NCBI GenBank assembly: GCA_016210985.1
Contig: JACQTD010000082.1
Span: 1 to 40,820, forward strand
DNA: 40,820 nucleotides
Source: Acidobacteriota bacterium
Lineage (GTDB): Bacteria; Acidobacteriota; Blastocatellia; HR10; JACQTD01
Direction: 5' to 3'
Shown here: positions 35,610 to 40,820 of the stretch, piece after piece
How the letters are laid out: each line of letters starts with the position of its first letter
Numbering within the stretch: the stretch's first letter is position 1
Notes under the pieces: model-generated
Told to the model about the DNA's origin: nothing
The model's input: only the letters and a program-made list of their open reading frames with translations
The model's database searches: none
Made by a program: the position numbers and the translations under genes

Positions 35610-36656
35610 TCACCGTACCGCGGGCGGGACGGTACCCGATCGGACCGCGGGCTCGGCCTCGATTTCCACTTCCAGCCTGTACTCGCGGGATTCCCTGAGA
35701 ATGGTCAGCACCACTTGTCCGCCCGGGGACTGAGCGGCGATCAAGCGATTGAACTGGCTGCTGGAGTCGATGGACAGCGCGTCCAGCCGCAGGATGAGAT
35801 CCCCGCGACGGATACGCGAGCGGGCCGCACTCGTGCCGGTCAGCACCAGGTTGACAAGCACGCCTTTGCGTTCCTCCCATCCGAGGGCGTTAAGCAGGAA
35901 GGGCGTCGGATCGATCACCTCCAGCCCGAGGTACCCGCGCGTGACCCGGCCCTTCTCCTGCAATTGGGGCAGGAGATCCCGGAGCAGGTTGATCGGGAGC
36001 GCGAATCCAAGCCCGACCCCGACCGATGAAGCAAAGGTATTGATACCGATCACCTCGCCCCGCATGTTGACCAGCGGGCCCCCGGAGTTTCCCGGATTGA
36101 TGGCGGCATCGGTCTGGAGAAAGTCGCTGAACTGGCCGCCGAGTCCACGCCGGCTCTTGGCGCTGATAATCCCGGCCGTCACCGTATGATCGAGCCCGTA
36201 GGGGCTGCCGATGGCGAGCACGGCGTCTCCGATCCGAAGCGTGTCGCTGTCGCCGAGTTTCACGGTCGGCAACGGCCGCCCTTTGGTATCCACCTCCAGC
36301 AGGGCGATGTCGGTCGCTTCATCGAAACCCCGCACGCTGGGTTGCACGACCCGATTGTCGGGTAGGGCCACGGAGATCGTTCCGCCGCCGCGCAAGGCGC
36401 GTCCGATGACGTGATAGTTGGTGACGATCAATCCCCTGCCGTCGATGACGAATCCGCTGCCGAGTTCCGCCTCCTCCCTGCTCACCTGAACATGGATGTT
36501 GACCACCGCGGGGTTGAGCGACTGCGCAATGTCGGCGATCGATAGCGAGGAAGCCGGTGTTTGCCGCGAAAGCGACGGGGACGACTGTCCGTCGCCGGCG
36601 CCGTGGAACCGGGTCGCCAGGAAGACCGAAATGAGCAGGAAGGGCCACCCGATCAT
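35610..36656 (-). CDS. HtrA/DegP-family periplasmic serine protease with one PDZ domain
   Basis: Catalytic triad contexts TNYHVI, DIALLEV and GNSGGPL, plus a C-terminal PDZ. ATG at 36656 (MIGWPFLLISVFLA, signal-like) overlaps the upstream stop as ATGA. The ORF extension to 36800 is rejected. Confidence 0.88.
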   Translation of the reverse strand: MIGWPFLLISVFLATRFHGAGDGQSSPSLSRQTPASSLSIADIAQSLNPAVVNIHVQVSREEAELGSGFVIDGRGLIVTNYHVIGRALRGGGTISVALPDNRVVQPSVRGFDEATDIALLEVDTKGRPLPTVKLGDSDTLRIGDAVLAIGSPYGLDHTVTAGIISAKSRRGLGGQFSDFLQTDAAINPGNSGGPLVNMRGEVIGINTFASSVGVGLGFALPINLLRDLLPQLQEKGRVTRGYLGLEVIDPTPFLLNALGWEERKGVLVNLVLTGTSAARSRIRRGDLILRLDALSIDSSSQFNRLIAAQSPGGQVVLTILRESREYRLEVEIEAEPAVRSGTVPPAVR

Positions 36657-36865
36657 GGCTTTCTTCTGGCCTTCGCCTTGGACTTCGATCCGGTGCGCCG
36701 TGTTGCGGCGGCCGGCTGGGACTTCTGCGAAGCGGGCTTCTCTGCTGTAGCTTTGCCGTTGCCGAATCGTTGGGCGAAGAGTTCCATGTCGTAGTCGCAC
36801 TCGCGCGACATCTCTTCGCGGATCTCCTGCAGCAACTCGAGGAAACGCGGCTTGCGGTACATCAT
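36653..36865 (-). CDS. Small putative antitoxin-like protein (70 aa) with a basic tail
   Basis: ATGA overlaps at both ends (36862-36865 and 36653-36656). LELLQEIREEMSRECDYDMELFAQRF resembles the small partners of the IY[ED]TS-type PIN proteins by recall. Confidence 0.55.
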   Translation of the reverse strand: MMYRKPRFLELLQEIREEMSRECDYDMELFAQRFGNGKATAEKPASQKSQPAAATRRTGSKSKAKARRKP

Positions 36866-37332
36866 GACGCGTTAACCTCGGAGACCAGGAATTCCGGGGT
36901 GATGATGACGGGCACGAAGAACCCGGCCGTCACGTTGAAGAGCCGGACCCGGGCCTGACGGTAGACATTGGCGAGAAAACCGAAGTTCCAGGTGACAATG
37001 AAATCAATCTTGTGGAACGACGCCACGGCAACGTGCAGCGCGTCGGCCATGTACTTGCGCTGGAAAATGCCTCGACTCAGGTACCCCTCGGCCAGAATAA
37101 TGGCTTCCTCGGTGACCTCCAGCTGATTCAGCGTGCGCGCAAGATTGACGCAGGCCGAACGCCGCGGTTCCCGAACGCGTTCCAGCTCGCGAAGAACCAG
37201 AGGCGAGATGCAGGTGTCGTATCGCGGTCGTTCATGCTCCCACCATCGAATGGTCAGGTCGCGTCGGAATGTATCCTCATTGTCGAGGTAAGCCCCGATC
37301 ACCGAAGTTTCCAGGTAGATGCGGGTCTTCAC
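36862..37332 (-). CDS. PIN-domain protein (VapC-like toxin family variant)
   Basis: IYLETSVIGAY N-terminus, SPLVLRELE, DALHVAVASFH and IVTWNFGF match the PIN acidic-residue spacing, with Glu at the first position. Confidence 0.7.
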   Translation of the reverse strand: MKTRIYLETSVIGAYLDNEDTFRRDLTIRWWEHERPRYDTCISPLVLRELERVREPRRSACVNLARTLNQLEVTEEAIILAEGYLSRGIFQRKYMADALHVAVASFHKIDFIVTWNFGFLANVYRQARVRLFNVTAGFFVPVIITPEFLVSEVNAS

Positions 37333-37338
37333 GGCGAT

Positions 37339-38940
37339 TTAACCTTCCTGCCCCGACGGCGGCTTGTCGACCGATGGCATGATGGGTTTGAACAAAATGC
37401 GATACTGGTCAAAATCGAACACCACGCGAAAGTGTTTGAGGAAGTTGCCGCCGAGAATGCCCGACTGGAGAAAGCCCGCGCTCTCGTTAACCGGCTGCAT
37501 ATCGAGTATCGGGGCACGCACGTTCTGGCGTTCGAGCCCGCTCACGGAGATGACCGGAACCGTTACCACCTCGACATCCTCCTTGATCCCCGCGGCACCG
37601 AGCACGCGCACCCGGTCCCCTGAAAGAACGTGCTTCTTGAGCTGGTACTTTTCGATCACCTGTTCGGCGAGGATGGTCGTGCTCGCGCCCGAGTCGACCA
37701 GGAAATTGGCCTTCTGGTTGCCCGCGAGCAACACCTCGGCGCTCAACAACCCGCCGTTCGTGCTCCGGAAGGCGACACTCGTCTGTCCGGGGTCATCCAG
37801 GAACTCTTCGGTTCCAACTACCCCGCGCCGCAGCAGCATCTCCTTGGCCTGGTAATCGAGCGTCACCCGAAAGTTACTGAGGACGGAGAGCCCGATGAAC
37901 CCTTCCACCGGTTCGAGGGGGCGTTGGTCACTCCCCTCATCCGCCTGGAGAATCGAGCGGAAATAGACGGGCATGCTCGACACTTTCAGCTCGCCAATCT
38001 CCATCGACTCAACGAGTCCGTAGATGATGGGAAACGTCCCTCCGCCCCCCACCGCGCGCGCGCTGCCGCCCTTGGCAAGCGGGCGCATGTTCATCCTGGC
38101 CGCGAGGGCCTTGGAGAGCACGGAGATGCTGGCACCGGTGTCCACCACCAGACTGGCCGTATGATTGCCGTTGAGTTTCACGCGAACCACCGGCCGCTCG
38201 TTCCTGAGCTCGACAGGAATGCGGGCCGACTTCGGGCCCTCGGTCCGGTGCAAATGGGAGATCCCCAGTGCCCCGAGCGCGTGGTAAAAATCGATCAGTC
38301 CCCTATACCGCTCGCGTTTTTCGACTTCGAGTCTCGGTGAGATCGTTAGAAATCTTTCGTAATGCCTGGCCGCTTCACCGAAGCGCTCGAGGCGGGCGGC
38401 CGTGCGTCCGAACGCGATCCAGTACTCCGGCTCTCCGCCGTCGATACTCACCGCGCGTTCGAGACGCTGGTAGGCTTCGGTCGACCGGTTCTCAAAGAAG
38501 TCGATCTCCGCGAGACCGGCGAGCGCCAGCGCGGTCCGCTCATCGAGCGCCAGCGCCGTCTTGAACTCCTCGAGGGACTCGAGAAAATTGCCTGACCGCA
38601 GGAGCGCGGTCCCTAGCAGCGCATGTCCCCTGGCATTCAGGGGATCCAGGCCCACGATCATCGAAGCCTCGAGGTAAGCTTCGTGAGCAAGGCCCTTCTT
38701 GATCAGCGCCGTACTCAGGCCCAGCCGGGCGGCTACATCGCTGCGATCACGCTCCAGCGCCTCCCGATAGAACTTCTCGGCGCGATCATAATCGCCTTGT
38801 CGTATCGCTCGATCGGCTTTTCGGTGAGAAGACTTGTACTGTAAAAAAATCGCCTCGGCCGGCGATCCGGCCGAGAGAAGGAGTGCGATGACGACGGCGC
38901 GACCCGAGGCCCGGCTAAATGCGGGAGACCACATCTTCAC
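37339..38940 (-). CDS. Secreted TPR protein with two retropepsin-like (clan AA) aspartic protease domains
   Basis: Signal peptide (ALLLSAGSPAEA), N-terminal TPR units, then two D[TS]GAS motifs: LVVDTGASISVL and FLVDSGASTTIL. Confidence 0.8.
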   Translation of the reverse strand: MKMWSPAFSRASGRAVVIALLLSAGSPAEAIFLQYKSSHRKADRAIRQGDYDRAEKFYREALERDRSDVAARLGLSTALIKKGLAHEAYLEASMIVGLDPLNARGHALLGTALLRSGNFLESLEEFKTALALDERTALALAGLAEIDFFENRSTEAYQRLERAVSIDGGEPEYWIAFGRTAARLERFGEAARHYERFLTISPRLEVEKRERYRGLIDFYHALGALGISHLHRTEGPKSARIPVELRNERPVVRVKLNGNHTASLVVDTGASISVLSKALAARMNMRPLAKGGSARAVGGGGTFPIIYGLVESMEIGELKVSSMPVYFRSILQADEGSDQRPLEPVEGFIGLSVLSNFRVTLDYQAKEMLLRRGVVGTEEFLDDPGQTSVAFRSTNGGLLSAEVLLAGNQKANFLVDSGASTTILAEQVIEKYQLKKHVLSGDRVRVLGAAGIKEDVEVVTVPVISVSGLERQNVRAPILDMQPVNESAGFLQSGILGGNFLKHFRVVFDFDQYRILFKPIMPSVDKPPSGQEG

Positions 38941-39038
38941 AGCCCTTCAGGTTAACTGCACTTTCATTGCATCCCGTCATACGCCGCCCGCCCTTGTGGT
39001 TCACTGATAGTAAGTCCGGCCTTCGGACGGTGTCAAAC

Positions 39039-40820
39039 CTATTCGCTCCGCAAGGCTCTCGCCGGGCGCCGTCGGGAATCGGAAGGTTCGCCCCTGCGGA
39101 CCACAGGTTCGGAATCCGGCGGGGACGATTCCGTGTCGGTTTGCGGAGGCAGGGGTTCCATGGCCTGGCGCAGAATCGTCTCCGTACAAGCCTCGGTCAC
39201 CTGTCGATCGGGAAGGAAAATCTCGGATCGGCGTTCCGGGCAGAACTCACTGGCGAGCAGGCCCGTATGGGGTTCGATCTCCAATTCAACCAGCCCACCC
39301 GGCCGCTCGAACTCGCCCGCCACCAGATCCGGTCGTAGGGCCGAGACCTGCTTCATAAACGACACCCAGATCGGCAGGGCCGCGTGCGATCCGGTCATGC
39401 GCAATTGCCGGTTGTCGTCAAAGCCTACCCAGACGACGCAGACGATGCGGGGTGTAAAGGCGCCGAACCAGGCATCGCTGCGTTGAGAAGTTCCGGTCTT
39501 TCCGGCCAGCGACACACCCCCGACCTGAGCGGCCGCCCGCCCGGTACCGTAGGGTTGATAAATGACATCCTGCATGGCCGAGAGCACGAGATAAGCTCCT
39601 TCGGGCGAGATTACCTGTTTGGTGGTCCGCTTTTCCTCCCTTAGGGCATCACCCTGGGTCTGCTCGATACGTTCGATGCCATAGGGCACCGGCCGCGCTC
39701 CCCCGTTGGCGAAAGTGGAGAAGGCGGACGCCATTTCAAGCGGGGTGGCTTCCGAGGCGCCGAGGGCGATGGCCGCGTTCTCCGGCGGCCGGCGCAAACC
39801 GAATCGCTGGATCATATCGGCCACCCGGTCGTATCCGGTATCGCGAGCCAGCGAAACCGAGACGATATTGGAGGATCGTGCAAAGCCCTCACGGACCGTG
39901 AGCGGGCGAAGCTGATAATCTTCACCGAAATTGCCCGGTTTGTACCCGCCTTCGAATTCCGTGGGCTGATCGACGTAGGTGTTGGCCAGCGTGATCGGTT
40001 GCCCCTCGTGCTCGCCCTCGGCAAGCGCGGCGGTGAAAACCAGCGGCTTGATGGCCGATCCGGGCTGACGATAGGCGTCCGTAGCACGGTTGAATTGACT
40101 CAACGAATAGTCGCGCCCGCCGACCATGGCCAGCACTTTACCGCTGCGGGCGTCGAGGGCCACCAACGCCGCCTGCACCGTGTTGGCGGCTACGGCCGCC
40201 CCCCGCCGCGACATCTCCCGATCGAGCGCGCCGAGCCCCTCTGTCAGCGCCTGCGTCGCCGCGCGCTGAAGATCCATGTCGATCGTCGTAAAAATGCGGT
40301 ATCCGGCTTGGGCCAGGTCCTCGCCCGGGAAGACATCCGCCAGCTGTTCCTGAATGTAGTCGATGAAATAGGGTGCGTTCACGGGGGAGGTGCCCACCTT
40401 CGAGCGAGGCTGAAAGTTGAGTGGCGAACGCCTCGCCTTCTCCACTTCCTCCGGACCGATCATCTCCAATCGTGTCATGGCCTCCAGGACATGATCCCGC
40501 CGCGCCAGCGCATCGTCACGGTGCGACTCGGACAGGTAATAGGCGGGCCGCTGGATGATCCCTGCGAGATAGGCCGCCTCCGCGAGCGAAAGCCGGGAAA
40601 TATCCTTGCCGAAGTACTCCCGGGCGGCGGCCCCAAACCCATAAATGGAGAGGCTGCCGCGCCGTCCGAGGTAAATCGTGTTGGCGTACCGGGTGAAGAT
40701 CTGTTCCTTGGTGAACCGTCGCTCCAGCGCAAGGGAGAGGAAGGCCTCCCTGAACTTCCTCCGGTAGCTTCGCTCCGATCCCACGAGGATGTTCTTGACC
40801 AGCTGCTGGGTGATGGTCGA
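39039..40820 (-). CDS. Class A penicillin-binding protein (GT51 glycosyltransferase + transpeptidase); 5' end lies outside the window
   Basis: The reading frame is open to the window edge. GT51 motifs are RKFREAFLSLALERRFTKEQIFTRYAN. Transpeptidase motifs are SAIK, SSN and KTGTS. Pro-rich C-terminal tail. Confidence 0.9.
   Translation of the reverse strand, partial: STITQQLVKNILVGSERSYRRKFREAFLSLALERRFTKEQIFTRYANTIYLGRRGSLSIYGFGAAAREYFGKDISRLSLAEAAYLAGIIQRPAYYLSESHRDDALARRDHVLEAMTRLEMIGPEEVEKARRSPLNFQPRSKVGTSPVNAPYFIDYIQEQLADVFPGEDLAQAGYRIFTTIDMDLQRAATQALTEGLGALDREMSRRGAAVAANTVQAALVALDARSGKVLAMVGGRDYSLSQFNRATDAYRQPGSAIKPLVFTAALAEGEHEGQPITLANTYVDQPTEFEGGYKPGNFGEDYQLRPLTVREGFARSSNIVSVSLARDTGYDRVADMIQRFGLRRPPENAAIALGASEATPLEMASAFSTFANGGARPVPYGIERIEQTQGDALREEKRTTKQVISPEGAYLVLSAMQDVIYQPYGTGRAAAQVGGVSLAGKTGTSQRSDAWFGAFTPRIVCVVWVGFDDNRQLRMTGSHAALPIWVSFMKQVSALRPDLVAGEFERPGGLVELEIEPHTGLLASEFCPERRSEIFLPDRQVTEACTETILRQAMEPLPPQTDTESSPPDSEPVVRRGEPSDSRRRPARALRSE

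Noticed and set aside
1-40820. Scan for CRISPR arrays, rRNA/tRNA genes, transposases, integrases and phage genes
   Set aside because: No regularly spaced short repeats were seen. No intergenic region is long enough for an rRNA. No tRNA cloverleaf could be drawn in the few gaps. No ORF has transposase or integrase motifs.

Overview
High-GC (roughly 60-65% by eye) bacterial chromosomal segment. It is almost gap-free coding sequence and almost entirely minus-strand, with only 3 plus-strand genes. All homology calls are by-eye motif recognition from the ORF translations; no searches were run.

Contents in order:
(i) The conserved envelope/isoprenoid block uppS-cdsA-dxr-rseP, plus truA and pyrE.
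(ii) A 1253-aa all-TPR protein next to a membrane Ser/Thr kinase with a TPR ectodomain.
(iii) A Tat-signal glycosylasparaginase-type Ntn hydrolase.
(iv) A small rearranged patch: a truncated gene remnant and two ~190-bp diverged direct repeats bracketing one orphan secreted-protein gene. One repeat is the real 3' end of an FHA gene.
(v) A six-gene cluster with overlapping or abutting stops and starts: FHA - class B PBP - SEDS (RodA/FtsW) - PP2C phosphatase - Ser/Thr kinase - FHA.
(vi) Housekeeping genes: TrmH-family methyltransferase, recA, thiolase, rsmE, prmA.
(vii) An NtrC-like regulator whose AAA+/sigma54-contact motifs are degenerate, next to an alpha/beta-hydrolase-fold protein lacking the nucleophile Ser, and a DUF4177-like small protein.
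(viii) An IPMDH-family dehydrogenase, an M28 lipoprotein peptidase and a large hypothetical membrane-anchored protein.
(ix) A secreted-protease operon (TPR + double retropepsin-like protein, HtrA) with an embedded PIN/antitoxin pair.
(x) The 3' part of a class A PBP, running off the window.

No rRNA, tRNA, CRISPR array, transposase, integrase or reverse transcriptase was recognised. The lineage guess, inference only, is Acidobacteriota-like.

The best candidates for something undescribed are the rearranged FHA/PBP/SEDS/PP2C/kinase module with non-PASTA sensor domains, the repeat-bracketed orphan gene, and the paired pseudo-enzyme regulator/hydrolase module.
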